Counted from the first letter of the stretch, positions 44,620-55,244 are shown. The stretch is 64,000 nt of DNA from Trueperaceae bacterium (GCA_034520945.1 JAXHNB010000001.1:32001-96000); one strand, 5' to 3'. Made by a program: numbers and translations. Notes: generated from the letters alone by a model not told the origin.

Positions 44620-46185
44620 TCAGCGGGGGCCGCGGTCACGGGGCGGGGCGAACCGGTCGCGCACCGCTCGCGCCTCGGGCAGGCCCAGGGCCCATACCGC
44701 CAGGGCATAGGTCGCCAGGCCAGCCGTGCCGCCCGCCATCAGGCGCCCGGCCCACGCGAACCAGTGCGGGGTGGGCACCAGGCCGGCCACGGCCCAGGCG
44801 ACCGCGGCGGCCAGCAGGGCGGCCAGCAGCACGCGTCCCCCATGCGCCAGCAGGGGCCGGAGGGCCAGCCCCTCCTGCCGGGCGGTCAGCGTCAGCATCA
44901 CGGCCAGTTGCAGCCAGGCCGCCAGCGCCGACCCCCATGCCAGTCCCGCCACGCCGAGCATGGGACCCAGCACCGCGAACGCCACCCCCTGCGCGCTCAG
45001 GAACCCGACCGCCACCAGGATCGGCGTGCGGACGCGCCGGCGGACGTACCAGGCGCGGGTGAGCAGCTGGTGCAGCCCCAGCGGCAGCACCGCCAGGCCG
45101 ATGCCGGGGGTGGCGGCGACGGTGAGGCGCAGGCGCTCCGCGTCCAGGCCGCCGCCGACCAGGGACAGCCAATCGAACGTCACCCGCACGGCCGGTTCCG
45201 CCAACACCGCCAGCAACAGCCCCGCCGGCGCGCTCAGCACGGTGATGAAGCGCAGCCCGTCGCGCAGGGTGGGGGCGAAGGCGTCCGGATCCTCGCCCGC
45301 CAGGCGCGACAGGCGCGCGTACCAGGACAGGGCGGGACTGACCGCGAACAGCCCGACGCCCAGCGACAGGAACAGGTCGGCGTTGAACCAGGCGGTCTGG
45401 CTGCCGGACGGCAGCCCGTTCAACACCCGGGTGGCGACCACGTTCACGATCTGCCGGCCGCTGGTGGTGACGGCGAACGGAGCCATCAACAACAGCACCC
45501 CCGCCAGCTCGGGGTGCCACGGCCGGCCCAGGCCGGGCCACAGGCCGGCCCGCACCAAGAACGGCACCTGGACCAGGAACTGCGCCGCGCCGCCCAGGGC
45601 GAACGCCGCCGCCAACGGGATCGCTGCGCCGGGAAACGCCAGCATGCCGCCGACCGCCACCAGGTTCAAGGCGACGGGTGCCCACGCCGGCGCCAAGAAG
45701 CGCTCCTCGGCGTTCAGCACCCCCATGGCCCAGGCCGAGAGGCTGACCGCCATCAGGAACGGGAACACGGCGCGGGTCAGGCGGACCGCCAGGGCGGCGT
45801 CGACGCTGCCCTCGCCTCCCAGGAGCAGCGCCACCAGCCAAGGCGCCGCCAACGTCGCGGCCAGGACCAGAAGCCCGTTCACCAGGATCAGCAACGAGAA
45901 CAGCGCCGCCGAGAGACGACGCGCGTCGGCCGGCGCCAGGCGCGCGTACACCGGCACGAAGCTGTTGGTGAGCGCCCCCTCGGCCAGCAACTCGCGGAAC
46001 AGGTTGGGGACGCGCACCGCCACGGCGAAGGCGTCGGTGATGGTGCGGTCGAACAGCTGGTTGAGAAGCGAGTTGCGCAGCAGCCCGGTGACGCGGCTGC
46101 CGAGCGTACCCCCCATCAGCACCGCCGCGCCGCGCCCGGCGGAGCGGCGCGGGCGGGGGGCGGGGGCGTCGGAGCGAGGCGTCAC
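44620..46185 (-). CDS. murJ: Lipid II flippase MurJ (MviN)
   Basis: SRVTGLLR, VPNLFRELLAEGAL, FVPVY; multi-TM. Confidence 0.93.
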   Translation of the reverse strand: MTPRSDAPAPRPRRSAGRGAAVLMGGTLGSRVTGLLRNSLLNQLFDRTITDAFAVAVRVPNLFRELLAEGALTNSFVPVYARLAPADARRLSAALFSLLILVNGLLVLAATLAAPWLVALLLGGEGSVDAALAVRLTRAVFPFLMAVSLSAWAMGVLNAEERFLAPAWAPVALNLVAVGGMLAFPGAAIPLAAAFALGGAAQFLVQVPFLVRAGLWPGLGRPWHPELAGVLLLMAPFAVTTSGRQIVNVVATRVLNGLPSGSQTAWFNADLFLSLGVGLFAVSPALSWYARLSRLAGEDPDAFAPTLRDGLRFITVLSAPAGLLLAVLAEPAVRVTFDWLSLVGGGLDAERLRLTVAATPGIGLAVLPLGLHQLLTRAWYVRRRVRTPILVAVGFLSAQGVAFAVLGPMLGVAGLAWGSALAAWLQLAVMLTLTARQEGLALRPLLAHGGRVLLAALLAAAVAWAVAGLVPTPHWFAWAGRLMAGGTAGLATYALAVWALGLPEARAVRDRFAPPRDRGPR

Positions 46186-46209
46186 GGAGCCGACGGGCCC
46201 GGCGCGCCC

Positions 46210-47442
46210 TCAGGCGAAGCGGGTGAACACCAGCGCGGCGTTCTGGCCGCCGAAGGCGAAGTTCTGGCTGATGGCGACGTCGACCCGCGCTTCGCGCGCC
46301 TCGTTGGGGACGTAGTCCAGGTCGAGGTCCGGGTCGGGCTCGAACAGGTTGCGCGTGGGCGGAAGCACGCCCGACGCGATGGCCTGAATCGCGGCGATCG
46401 CCTCGATCCCGCCGGCCGCGCCCAGGGTATGGCCCGTCATCGACTTGGTGCTGCTCACGGGCGGTGCCTGGGAGACGTCGCCGAACACCGCCTTGATCGC
46501 CAGGGTCTCGTTGCGGTCGTTGGCCGGGGTGCTGGTGCCGTGCGCGTTGAGGTAGTGCACGTCGGAGGCGTCGATGCCGCCGTCCCGCAGGGCCCACCGC
46601 AGGCAGCGCGTGGCGCCGGTCCCGCCGGGCGCGGGCGCCGTGATGTGGAAGGCGTCCGCACTGGTGGCGTAGCCGGTCACCTCGGCGTAGATGCGGGCGC
46701 CGCGGGCCTTGGCGTGCTCCAGCTCTTCGAGCAGGACGATGCCCGCCCCTTCGCCGGCCACGAAGCCGTTGCGGTTCTTCGAGAACGGCCGGCTGGCGGT
46801 GGCGGGGTCGTCGTTGCGGTTCGAGAGGGCCTTCATGACAGCGAAGCCGGCGATCCCCATCGGGGTGATGGGGGCCTCGGTGCCGCCGGCGAGCATCAGG
46901 TCGGCCTCGCCCCGCTGGATGATGCGGTAGGCGTCGCCGATCGAGCCCGACCCGGTCGAGCACGCGGTCACGACGGAGGTCGACGGCCCGGTCAACCCGT
47001 AGCGCATCGCGACATGACCGGACGCCATGTTGGCGATCAGCATGGGGATGAAGAACGGGCTCATGCGCATCGGGGTCCGCTCGAAGCGGACCCGCGACTC
47101 GCGCTCCCACGTCTCGAGCCCGCCGATGCCGCTGCCGACGGAGGTGCCGGTGCGTTCCCCCGCGACCTCGTCGGGGGTGAGGCCGGCGTCCTGAAGCGCC
47201 AGGTCCGAGCCGATCAGCGCCAGGTGCACGAAGCGGTCGAGCCGGCGGGCCTCCTTGCGATCGATGAACGCGGGGACGTCGACGTCGACCTCGCCCCCGA
47301 TCCGCACGCTGAGGTCCGAGGCGTCGAACGCGGTGATGCCACGGATGCCGTTGGCGGCCCGGTGCTGCCCTTCGAGGAAGGCGTCAGCACCGACGCCGAT
47401 CGGCGTGACCGGCCCGAGGCCCGTGACCACGACTCGCTTCAT
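46210..47442 (-). CDS. fabF: Beta-ketoacyl-ACP synthase II
   Basis: RVVVTGLG, TACSTG, NAHGTST, KSMTGH, FAFGGQN. Confidence 0.96.
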   Translation of the reverse strand: MKRVVVTGLGPVTPIGVGADAFLEGQHRAANGIRGITAFDASDLSVRIGGEVDVDVPAFIDRKEARRLDRFVHLALIGSDLALQDAGLTPDEVAGERTGTSVGSGIGGLETWERESRVRFERTPMRMSPFFIPMLIANMASGHVAMRYGLTGPSTSVVTACSTGSGSIGDAYRIIQRGEADLMLAGGTEAPITPMGIAGFAVMKALSNRNDDPATASRPFSKNRNGFVAGEGAGIVLLEELEHAKARGARIYAEVTGYATSADAFHITAPAPGGTGATRCLRWALRDGGIDASDVHYLNAHGTSTPANDRNETLAIKAVFGDVSQAPPVSSTKSMTGHTLGAAGGIEAIAAIQAIASGVLPPTRNLFEPDPDLDLDYVPNEAREARVDVAISQNFAFGGQNAALVFTRFA

Positions 47443-47525
47443 GTTCTCCATCCCAACGCCCACGCGGGCCCACTGCGGCCGAGGCGTGCGTGCACGCCCG
47501 GGACGGCCCGCCCGCGAAGCACGGC

Positions 47526-47765
47526 CTACTGCTTGCTCGAAATGAAGTTGATGGCGTCTCCGACGGTGCGGATGCCCTCCGCTTCCTCGTCGCTGATTTC
47601 GATGTCGAACTCGTCTTCGAGCCCCATGATGAGCTCGACCACGTCCAGAGAGTCGGCGCCGAGGTCGTCGACGAAGGACGCCTCCTCGGTCACGTCGGAG
47701 GGGTCGGCGTCGAGCTTGTCGGCGACGACGTCCTTGATCTTGTCCAAAATGGCTTGCTGGTCCAT
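47526..47765 (-). CDS. acpP: Acyl carrier protein
   Basis: [22 protein letters not shown]. Confidence 0.97.
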   Translation of the reverse strand: MDQQAILDKIKDVVADKLDADPSDVTEEASFVDDLGADSLDVVELIMGLEDEFDIEISDEEAEGIRTVGDAINFISSKQ

Positions 47766-47870
47766 GAGGGTCCTCCCAGGGTGGGTTCCGTGCTGGCGGG
47801 ATTCTAGCACGGGCCATTCGCGCGGCCCGCGGCGCCTTTTGGGGGGCACGTCCGTGCCGAACGGACGAGT

Positions 47871-48629
47871 CTACGCCATCGACAGCCCGCCGTCCACCGC
47901 CAGCGTCTGGCCGGTCACGTACGCGGCATCGTCCGACGCCAGGAACGCCACGGCCCGGGCGACCTCGCCTGGGTCCCCGAAGCGGCCGGTCGGGATCCGT
48001 TCCAGGTAGGACGCGGCCAGGCGTTCGTCCAACCCCTCGGTCATGTCGGAGGCAATGAAGCCGGGCGCGACGGCGTTCACCGTCACGCCGCGCTTGGAGA
48101 CCTCCCGCGCCAACGACTTCGTCAGGCCGATCAGGCCGGCCTTGGAGGCCACGTAGTTCGCCTGGCCCTCGTTGCCGAGCAGGGCGACCACGCTGGATAC
48201 GTTCACGATCCGTCCCCAGCGGGCCTTGATCATGCCGCGCAGCACGCCGCGCGCCAGGCGGAAGGCGCCCCCCAGGTTGGTGTCCACCACCGCCTGGAAA
48301 TCCTCGTCCTTCATCCGCATCGCCAGCGTGTCCCGGGTGATGCCGGCGTTGTTCACCAGCACGTCCACGCCCCCGAAGGCCGCGGTGACCTCCTCCAGAA
48401 GGCGCGCACACGCGCCTGCGTCGGCCACGTCGGCGCCGAACGCGGCCGCCCTCCCCCCGGCCGCTTCGATCTCACGCACCACCTCTGCGGCGGCGTCCTG
48501 ACCGCGCACGTAGTGGACGGCCACAACGTGCCCGCGGGCCGCCAGCTCCAAGGCCGTCGCGCGGCCCAATCCCCGGCTCGAGCCGGTCACGAGGGCGACG
48601 CGGGGCGCGCCGGTCGACGATCCGTTCAT
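47871..48629 (-). CDS. fabG: 3-oxoacyl-ACP reductase
   Basis: TGSSRGLG, NNAGITRD, NYVASK; fab operon. Confidence 0.95.
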   Translation of the reverse strand: MNGSSTGAPRVALVTGSSRGLGRATALELAARGHVVAVHYVRGQDAAAEVVREIEAAGGRAAAFGADVADAGACARLLEEVTAAFGGVDVLVNNAGITRDTLAMRMKDEDFQAVVDTNLGGAFRLARGVLRGMIKARWGRIVNVSSVVALLGNEGQANYVASKAGLIGLTKSLAREVSKRGVTVNAVAPGFIASDMTEGLDERLAASYLERIPTGRFGDPGEVARAVAFLASDDAAYVTGQTLAVDGGLSMA

Positions 48630-49570
48630 GGGGTGCCCTCCTCCCGCTGCGTGCCGCCCTCGGCGAGGGCGTTCTGCAGCCCTCCCGGGTCGGACGCGGC
48701 GCGCGCGTCGGCGTTCGGCACGGTCCGGCGCACCAATCCGCACAGCACGCTGCCGCTTCCGAACTCGACGAAGCGGTCCACGCCGCGGGCGTGCATGGCC
48801 TGCACGCACGCCTCCCACCGTACCGGCGCCGTCACCTGGCGCACCAACAGTTCGGGGATCTCGGCCTCCGACGCCACGACTTCGGCCGTGACGTTGGCGA
48901 TCACCGCGAAGGCGGGCGGGCGAACGCGGACCGCTGCCAGGTCTTCGGCCAACCGCCGCGCGGCCGGCTGCATCAGGCTGGAATGGAACGGCGCGCTGAC
49001 GCGCAGCGGCACCGCCCGGCCGCCCTGCGCCTTGGCGGCGCGGGCCGCCGCCGCGACGGCGGCCGCCTCGCCCGACACCACGATCTGGCCGGGCGCGTTC
49101 AGGTTGGCCAGCTCGACCAGGCCCGGCACTTCGGCACAGATCGCCTCCACCTGGGCGGCGTCCAGCTTGAGGATGGCCGCCATGGCGCCCTCGCCCTCGG
49201 GGACCGCCTCCTGCATGTAGGTGCCGCGCGCCCGCACCAGGCGCACCGCCTCGGCCACCTCCAGGCTGCCCGCGGCGACGTGGGCGGTGAACTCGCCCAG
49301 GCTGTGCCCCGCCGCCACCACCGGCATGGGCCCGTCAGCCTCCTGCCACGCCGCGAACGCCGCGGCCCCCGCCGCGACGAGGGCGGGCTGCTGGTTGGCG
49401 GTGCGGGTCAGCACCTCCTGCGGCCCCTCGAACATCACCGAGAGCAGGCCCGGGAGCGCGTCCTCCGCCCGGTCCAGCACGGCGCGGGCGGCCTCGCTGC
49501 TCTCGTAAAAGGCCTGGGCCATGCCCACCGCCTGCGAACCCTGCCCCGGGAACAGCGCCGCGATCCTCAC
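48626..49570 (-). CDS. fabD: Malonyl-CoA:ACP transacylase
   Basis: FPGQGSQ, GHSLGE, SAPFHS. Confidence 0.96.
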   Translation of the reverse strand: MRIAALFPGQGSQAVGMAQAFYESSEAARAVLDRAEDALPGLLSVMFEGPQEVLTRTANQQPALVAAGAAAFAAWQEADGPMPVVAAGHSLGEFTAHVAAGSLEVAEAVRLVRARGTYMQEAVPEGEGAMAAILKLDAAQVEAICAEVPGLVELANLNAPGQIVVSGEAAAVAAAARAAKAQGGRAVPLRVSAPFHSSLMQPAARRLAEDLAAVRVRPPAFAVIANVTAEVVASEAEIPELLVRQVTAPVRWEACVQAMHARGVDRFVEFGSGSVLCGLVRRTVPNADARAASDPGGLQNALAEGGTQREEGTP

Positions 49571-50577
49571 GCGCCCGCTCCCCGGTGCGCATGCGGGCCG
49601 CCCCCCCAGGTGAGCACGCCGGCCGCCCAGGTGAGCCCCCCGCCGAACGACACCAGCAGCAGCGGATCGCCGTCCTGGATGCGGCCCTGGTCCAGGGCGT
49701 GGGCCAGGGCGAGGGGGATGCTGGCGGTCGAGTTGTTGCCGTACTCGTCCACCGTGACGATCACCCGCTCGGGCTCCAGCCCCAGGCGTTCGCGCGCGGC
49801 GTCGATGATGCGGAAGTTCGCCTGGTGGGGCACGAACAGCCGGATGTCGTCCGTCGTCATGCCGGCACGCTTCATGGCCTCCACCGTGGCCGTGTCCATC
49901 ACCCGCACCGCGAACTTGAACACCTCCCGACCGTTCATGTAGAGGTGATCGGTGAGCGGCTCGCCCCCCGGCAGGCGGCGGCCCGTCGCGCGGGCGTGCA
50001 GGTAGCGCCCGCCCGAGCCGTCGGCGCCCAGCACCATCGGCGCCAGGCCGTACGGCGGCGGCACCTCCTCCACGACGGCGGCGCCCGCCCCGTCCCCGAA
50101 CAGCACGGCGGTGCTACGGTCCTCCCAGTCCACCAGCTTGGTCAACGCCTCCGCGCCGATGGCCAGCACCTTGCGGCACTGGCCGCTCAGCACGTACGCC
50201 TTGGCGACGCTGAGCGCGTACAACCAGCCCGGGCACGCCGCCAACAGGTCGAACGCGCCGGCGTCCAGGCCGAAGCGATCCTGCACCAGCGACGCCGTGG
50301 AGGGAAACAACGCGTCCGGCGTGTTGGTCGCCAAGATGACCATGTCGACGCCCGCCAGGGCGCCCTCGCCGTAGCGGCGCACCAGCGCCTCGACGCTGCG
50401 GAACGCCATGTCGCTGGTGAACTCGTCCTCGGCGGCGATGTGGCGACGCCGGATCCCGGTGCGGGTGCGGATCCACTCGTCGCTGGTGTCCATCCGTGCC
50501 GCCAGGTCGTCGTTGGTCAGCACCGTCTCCGGCGCGTACGCCCCCAGTGCGGTGATGCCGGCACGTCGTTCGCTCAC
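49567..50577 (-). CDS. fabH: Beta-ketoacyl-ACP synthase III
   Basis: DTSDEWI, AACPG, FGDGAGA, PHQAN, GNNSTAS. Confidence 0.96.
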   Translation of the reverse strand: MSERRAGITALGAYAPETVLTNDDLAARMDTSDEWIRTRTGIRRRHIAAEDEFTSDMAFRSVEALVRRYGEGALAGVDMVILATNTPDALFPSTASLVQDRFGLDAGAFDLLAACPGWLYALSVAKAYVLSGQCRKVLAIGAEALTKLVDWEDRSTAVLFGDGAGAAVVEEVPPPYGLAPMVLGADGSGGRYLHARATGRRLPGGEPLTDHLYMNGREVFKFAVRVMDTATVEAMKRAGMTTDDIRLFVPHQANFRIIDAARERLGLEPERVIVTVDEYGNNSTASIPLALAHALDQGRIQDGDPLLLVSFGGGLTWAAGVLTWGGGPHAHRGAGA

Positions 50578-50629
50578 GACGGGCCTCCGTTCCCCCGTGG
50601 CCCCTGATCGCCGAGCCGGCACGAAACAC

Positions 50630-50657
50630 GCCCGGGACCGCACCTGCGGTCCCGGGC
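50630..50657 (-). terminator. Hairpin between rpmF and fabH
   Basis: 13-bp stem GCCCGGGACCGCA / TGCGGTCCCGGGC. Confidence 0.55.
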
Positions 50658-50686
50658 CGACGACCGACCGCGCGGCGGCGCCAGGG

Positions 50687-50875
50687 TCAGGCCTCCACCT
50701 CGAAGACCTGGCGGCCGGCGTAGCTCCCGCACTCGGGGCAGACCACGTGCTGCGGCTTCTGCGACTTGCACTGCGGACATTCCGTCAGGTTCTTCGGCGT
50801 CAGCGCGTGGTGGCTGCGCCGCTGATCGCGTCGCGCCTTCGATGTCTTCTTCTTGGGGACGGGATGCTTGGCCAT
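50687..50875 (-). CDS. rpmF: 50S ribosomal protein L32
   Basis: VPKKKTSKARRDQRR, CxxC...CxxC. Confidence 0.96.
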   Translation of the reverse strand: MAKHPVPKKKTSKARRDQRRSHHALTPKNLTECPQCKSQKPQHVVCPECGSYAGRQVFEVEA

Positions 50876-50938
50876 GGTGGGATTCCTCCTGGGATGCGGC
50901 CGGTCGGGCCGGGGTGTGTGGGCCTAGGGGTGCGAGGC

Positions 50939-51544
50939 CTACGAGCGCGAGTCCACGTCGAGGTCCTTGAGGACCTCGAACGGCGAGGCGGGCCCGCCCT
51001 CCGCGTTCGGCGCGACGTGGTCGGGGTGCTGGTTGAGGTCGACGCCGTCGACCGACAAGCCCCTGCAGTCGGGCCGGCACAGCCCGGTGAGCGGCAGGTC
51101 GATCGCGAACACCTGCCTGAGGAGGGGGCCGAAGTCGGCTTCGGGGGCGCCGAAGGCCAGCACGTCGTCCTGATCGAGCGCCTCCTCGAGCTCGCCGTCG
51201 CGGAGCGGCGCTTCGAGCAGCAGGAGGTTGGCCTCCTGCGCCGGACGGTACACCATCGGGTAGATGAACGACGCCTTCACCTCGACGAACGCGTCGGAGA
51301 GGCAGCGCCGGCACTCCATCACGGCCGTGCCCGAAACCTCGCCCTCGGCGAGGAAGTCATCGGTGCCGCCCGTGCTGCGCACCACGACGTGCCAGCTCAA
51401 CGGGCCATGGAGCCGTAGGCCGTCGGCCTCCAGCTGCGCCGCGGTGGGCGCCAGCATGCCATCGCCCACGACCTCGGGGTCGAGCCCGGGGGCGTGGGAC
51501 AGCAGGCGGGACAGATTGAGGATCGCGTCCTGCCTCGGGACCAT
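50939..51544 (-). CDS. DUF177/YceD-family protein
   Basis: MECRRCL, LCRPDCRGL, PFEVLKDL; upstream of rpmF. Confidence 0.9.
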   Translation of the reverse strand: MVPRQDAILNLSRLLSHAPGLDPEVVGDGMLAPTAAQLEADGLRLHGPLSWHVVVRSTGGTDDFLAEGEVSGTAVMECRRCLSDAFVEVKASFIYPMVYRPAQEANLLLLEAPLRDGELEEALDQDDVLAFGAPEADFGPLLRQVFAIDLPLTGLCRPDCRGLSVDGVDLNQHPDHVAPNAEGGPASPFEVLKDLDVDSRS

Positions 51545-51671
51545 CTCCTGAAAGTATAGGGGCGCCCCAGACCTTGTCAAGGCTCCTGCGAACGTAGCGC
51601 ACGGGGTGCAGCGCACACCTTCGTACGACTTCGCACCGCCTGCGGCGCGGACGTCGCGGTACCGTTCGGCC

Positions 51672-52616
51672 ATGGCCGACGCCCGTCGCGACCCGCCGCA
51701 CGTCCTGGCGATCGACGACGACGACACGAACCTGAGGTTGCTCCGGTCGGTCCTCTCGGCTTGCCGGGTCACCACGTTCGAGGGGCCCGAGGAGGCGCTG
51801 GCCGCCCTGCGCGGGGGGCTTCGCCCCGATCTCATCGTGTGCGACGTGACGATGCCGGGCATGACCGGCTTCGAACTGCACGGCGAACTGCGCGCCATGC
51901 CTGCGGTGCAGGGCGTTCCGTTCGTTTACCTCACCGCGTTGGACGCCCCGACCGACCGGCGCCACGGCATGGGCCTCGGGGCCGACGACTACCTCACCAA
52001 GCCGTACACCCCCGCCGAGCTGCGGGAGGCGATCTTCTCGCGGTTGGCGCGCGTGGAGGGGCTTCGCAGCGCACCGGACGGTGCCTGGCGCATCGTCAGC
52101 CTGGGCGGGTTCGACGTCCGGGTGGGCGAGACGCGGATGCACTGGGAGTCCCGCCGCTCGGCCGAGCTGTTCCTGTTGTTGCTGGAGGCGTACGAGGCGG
52201 GCGGCGTGCCGGTGCGCGAGGTTCGCCAGGAGCTGTGGTGGCACCCGCCGGAGGGGAATCAGCTCCACGCGCTGGTCAGTCGGCTGCGCAAGGCGCTGGC
52301 GGGCGCGGCGCACGTCGACAGCGACGGCGAGGTGCTGGCGCTCTCGGGCTTCAGCGAGGTGCATTGGGACGTGCCCACCTTCGAGCGGGCCGCACGCGAG
52401 GCGCTGGCCAGCGGCCGGCCGGACGCGCTCGAGGGGGCGCTCGCCGCCTACCGCGGCCCGTTCCTGAAGGGGTCGGACGGCCCGTGGGTCGAGCGGGTGC
52501 GCGCACGCCTGGAGGAGGCGACGGTCGCCCTGCTGGACGCGACGATCGAAGCCAGCGACGGCGCGCGGCGCGAGCGTGCCCGCCGCCGGCTGGAGGCGTT
52601 CCTCGACGAGCCCTGA
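51672..52616 (+). CDS. Response regulator with winged-helix/BTAD (SARP-like) output
   Basis: IDDD, CDVTMPGMTG, DDYLTKP; C-terminal SRLRKAL, WDV..FE, YRGPFL. Confidence 0.85.
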   Translation: MADARRDPPHVLAIDDDDTNLRLLRSVLSACRVTTFEGPEEALAALRGGLRPDLIVCDVTMPGMTGFELHGELRAMPAVQGVPFVYLTALDAPTDRRHGMGLGADDYLTKPYTPAELREAIFSRLARVEGLRSAPDGAWRIVSLGGFDVRVGETRMHWESRRSAELFLLLLEAYEAGGVPVREVRQELWWHPPEGNQLHALVSRLRKALAGAAHVDSDGEVLALSGFSEVHWDVPTFERAAREALASGRPDALEGALAAYRGPFLKGSDGPWVERVRARLEEATVALLDATIEASDGARRERARRRLEAFLDEP

Positions 52617-52770
52617 GGAGCGACGCCGTGCTTCGCTGCGCTCGAACCCGGTCCTGCACGGCCCGTGCCGCATCGTTGTACGCACCGGGCTCGGGGGTCA
52701 CTGCGCGGTCCGCCCTCGCCGGTCTACGCTGAATCTCCCTCGGGCGCTCCTCGGGGGGTTGGGAGGCACC

Positions 52771-52977
52771 GTGCCCGCGCACCTCAGGATTCGCAGCAGG
52801 GATGACGACATGCGCCGCGTCGTGCGACGCTGGCAGGCCCGCCACCGCACCAGCGGGGCCGTGTGGGACGGACCGCCGGGTGAGATGCTGATCGGCGGGG
52901 ACACCGGGGTCGCCGCGGTCGAGGACCTGATGCGCCTGCTCGACGTCAGCGAGGTGGAGATGATCTGGCGCGCCTGA
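52771..52977 (+). CDS. Small hypothetical protein (68 aa)
   Basis: GGGAGG RBS before the GTG; upstream TACGCT -10; GC3-biased codons. Confidence 0.55.
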   Translation: MPAHLRIRSRDDDMRRVVRRWQARHRTSGAVWDGPPGEMLIGGDTGVAAVEDLMRLLDVSEVEMIWRA

Positions 52978-52989
52978 GCGCGTCGCACC

Positions 52990-53679
52990 TCACGATCCGT
53001 CCTCAGTGCGATGCACGACCCCTTGGCGCCAGGCGTACACGGCCGCCTGCGTGCGGTCGGCCAGGTGCAGCTTGGACAGGACGTTGCTGACGTGCCCCTT
53101 CACGGTCTTGTCGCTGACGCCCAGGCGCCCAGCGATCTCGGCGTTGGTCATGCCCTCCGCGATCGCCTTCAGCACCTCCAGTTCGCGCGGCGTCAGTTCG
53201 GTGAACGCCTGGGGCCCCTCGCCGAATTCGCCACGGACGTCGCGCATGAGCCGAAGGGCCACACGTGGATGCAGCGTCGGCTCTCCGCGGGCGGCACGGC
53301 GGACCGCGCCGGCCAACTCGCCGGATCCGACGTCCTTGAGGACGTAGCTCAGCGCCCCGGCCCGTAACGCGGAGAACACGTGCCCGTCGTCGTAGTGCGA
53401 GGTGAGCACCACCACCTGAGTTCGGGGCGACACCTCCTTTAGGCGCCGCGTCGCCTCGACCCCGTCCATGCCCGGCATCAACAGGTCCATCAGCACCACG
53501 TCCGGCACGGCCTGCGCCGCAAGTCGCAGCGCCTCCTGGCCGCTGCCCGCCTCGCCCACCACGTGCAGGTCGTCCTGTGCGTCCAGGAAGCCCCGTACCC
53601 CCTCGCGCACCAGCGCATGATCGTCCACGATCAGCACCGTGATCGGCTCGCCCCCAGCAGGGTTCGGTGCGGCGCTCAC
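52990..53679 (-). CDS. NarL/LuxR-family response regulator
   Basis: IVDDH, MDLLMP, LTPRELEVL, TVKGHVSNVLSKL. Confidence 0.95.
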   Translation of the reverse strand: MSAAPNPAGGEPITVLIVDDHALVREGVRGFLDAQDDLHVVGEAGSGQEALRLAAQAVPDVVLMDLLMPGMDGVEATRRLKEVSPRTQVVVLTSHYDDGHVFSALRAGALSYVLKDVGSGELAGAVRRAARGEPTLHPRVALRLMRDVRGEFGEGPQAFTELTPRELEVLKAIAEGMTNAEIAGRLGVSDKTVKGHVSNVLSKLHLADRTQAAVYAWRQGVVHRTEDGS

Positions 53680-55244
53680 GCCGGCGCCCACGCCTCGGCG
53701 TCGCGCCCGCTCGCCACGGGGATGCGTGCCTCGATGCGGGTCCCGTCCCCACCCACGCGCGTGTCGATGTCGATACGGCCACCGAGCGCCTCGGCCCGCT
53801 CGCGCATCGAGGCGAGGCCTACGCCGCGGTCGCGCGTGCGCGCCACGTCGAAACCGCGACCGTCGTCCGCCACGCGCAACACCCAGGCCGCGTCGGTGCG
53901 GTGCAGGCTGAGCGTGACGCGCGTGGCACGGGCGTGACGCACGGCGTTGGCGAGGGCCTCCTGCGCGATGCGGTACAGCGCCGCGCTCCGCTCCGGCGTC
54001 GGCGACGCGCCGGCATCGACGTCCAGGTCCACCCGGGGACCGCCCGACTCGGCGAAGGTCTCGGCCAGTTCGTGCAAGGCCTGGCCCAAGGGGCGCGGGT
54101 CGAGCGTGGGCGGACGAAGCTGGTAGATGAGGTCGCTCAGTTCCTGTTGGGCCTGGCGCACCAGCGCCTCCGCCGCGGCGACGTGCGAGGCGGCCGCGTC
54201 GCCCCGTGCCGCGCGGGCCGAACCCAGCCGCATGCTGGCCGCGAACACCTGTTGCTTGACGCTGTCGTGCAGCTCGCGTGCGATGCGGGTCCGCTCGCGC
54301 GTGCCGGCCAGGGCCTGCCGGGCGCGCACCAACTCGCGCAGCTCTTCGGCCATGTGGTCCAGCCTGCGCGAGAGGCGGCCGAGCTCGTCGTTGCTGGAAT
54401 CGTTCACCGCCCGCGCGAAGTCCCCTCTGCCCCAGGCGTCGGCGGCGCCGGAGAGCGCCTCGATCCGTCGCACCAGGGGGCGGGAGGCGTACAGGCCGAA
54501 GACCGTGCCGATCAGCACCACCAGCACCGTGGCGACCGCCAGCACCGACAGGCCGAACGCCAGCAGCCCGGGCGTGGCCGGAAGCAGGGTGGACACCAAC
54601 AGCAGCGCACCGCGCGTGCGACCGTCCTCGCCGACGAGGGGGTGGGCGGAGGAGGTGTGCAGCAGCCCGCGGCGACGCGCGGGCTCTCCGCCGTCCAAGG
54701 TGCGCTGAACCAACGCGCGGTCGGGGCCTTCCAATCGTTCGGGCAGGTCCTGAAACCGGCGGGTCCCGGCCGCCCCCGCGTCGTCGCCCCCTTCGGGCGC
54801 GACGCGGTTGTCGAACCACACGCCACCCTCGCCGTCGGTGACGACCGTGTACCCCTTCGAGCCCTTGGGCACCATGACGCCGAGGGGCGGCTGCTCGCTG
54901 CGGAGGCTGGTCGGACGCTCCAGGTACGCCAGCAGGGCGTCGCCGTCGACGCCCGCCGCGAGCAGGTCGCTGGCGACGGGCGACAGCTGCTCCGCCACCT
55001 CGGTGTGGTTCTGTTGAACGGCGTACAGCACGGCCTGCGTCAGGACCACCAGGCCGACGAGCTCCACGATCATTACCGCGACCAGCGTCACCCGCATGTA
55101 GGTCGTGCCCAACCACCAGCGAAGCGAGCCGACCCGGCGCCACGGCCACCACCGCCGGACGCGGGGCAGCGGCGGCGTCCACTCGTTGGACCCGGTGCGC
55201 TGCGGGTGCGCGCCGGCCGGCGACGGCGGGATCGAGTCGGCCAT
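53676..55244 (-). CDS. HAMP + HisKA_3 sensor histidine kinase
   Basis: DELGRL HAMP, ERTRIARELHDSV, QEALANAVRH, DDGRGF, GVGL. Confidence 0.94.
   Translation of the reverse strand: MADSIPPSPAGAHPQRTGSNEWTPPLPRVRRWWPWRRVGSLRWWLGTTYMRVTLVAVMIVELVGLVVLTQAVLYAVQQNHTEVAEQLSPVASDLLAAGVDGDALLAYLERPTSLRSEQPPLGVMVPKGSKGYTVVTDGEGGVWFDNRVAPEGGDDAGAAGTRRFQDLPERLEGPDRALVQRTLDGGEPARRRGLLHTSSAHPLVGEDGRTRGALLLVSTLLPATPGLLAFGLSVLAVATVLVVLIGTVFGLYASRPLVRRIEALSGAADAWGRGDFARAVNDSSNDELGRLSRRLDHMAEELRELVRARQALAGTRERTRIARELHDSVKQQVFAASMRLGSARAARGDAAASHVAAAEALVRQAQQELSDLIYQLRPPTLDPRPLGQALHELAETFAESGGPRVDLDVDAGASPTPERSAALYRIAQEALANAVRHARATRVTLSLHRTDAAWVLRVADDGRGFDVARTRDRGVGLASMRERAEALGGRIDIDTRVGGDGTRIEARIPVASGRDAEAWAPA

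Noticed and set aside
52725..52770. GCTGAATC resembling the start of a c-di-AMP riboswitch
   Set aside because: The downstream conserved elements and required length are absent
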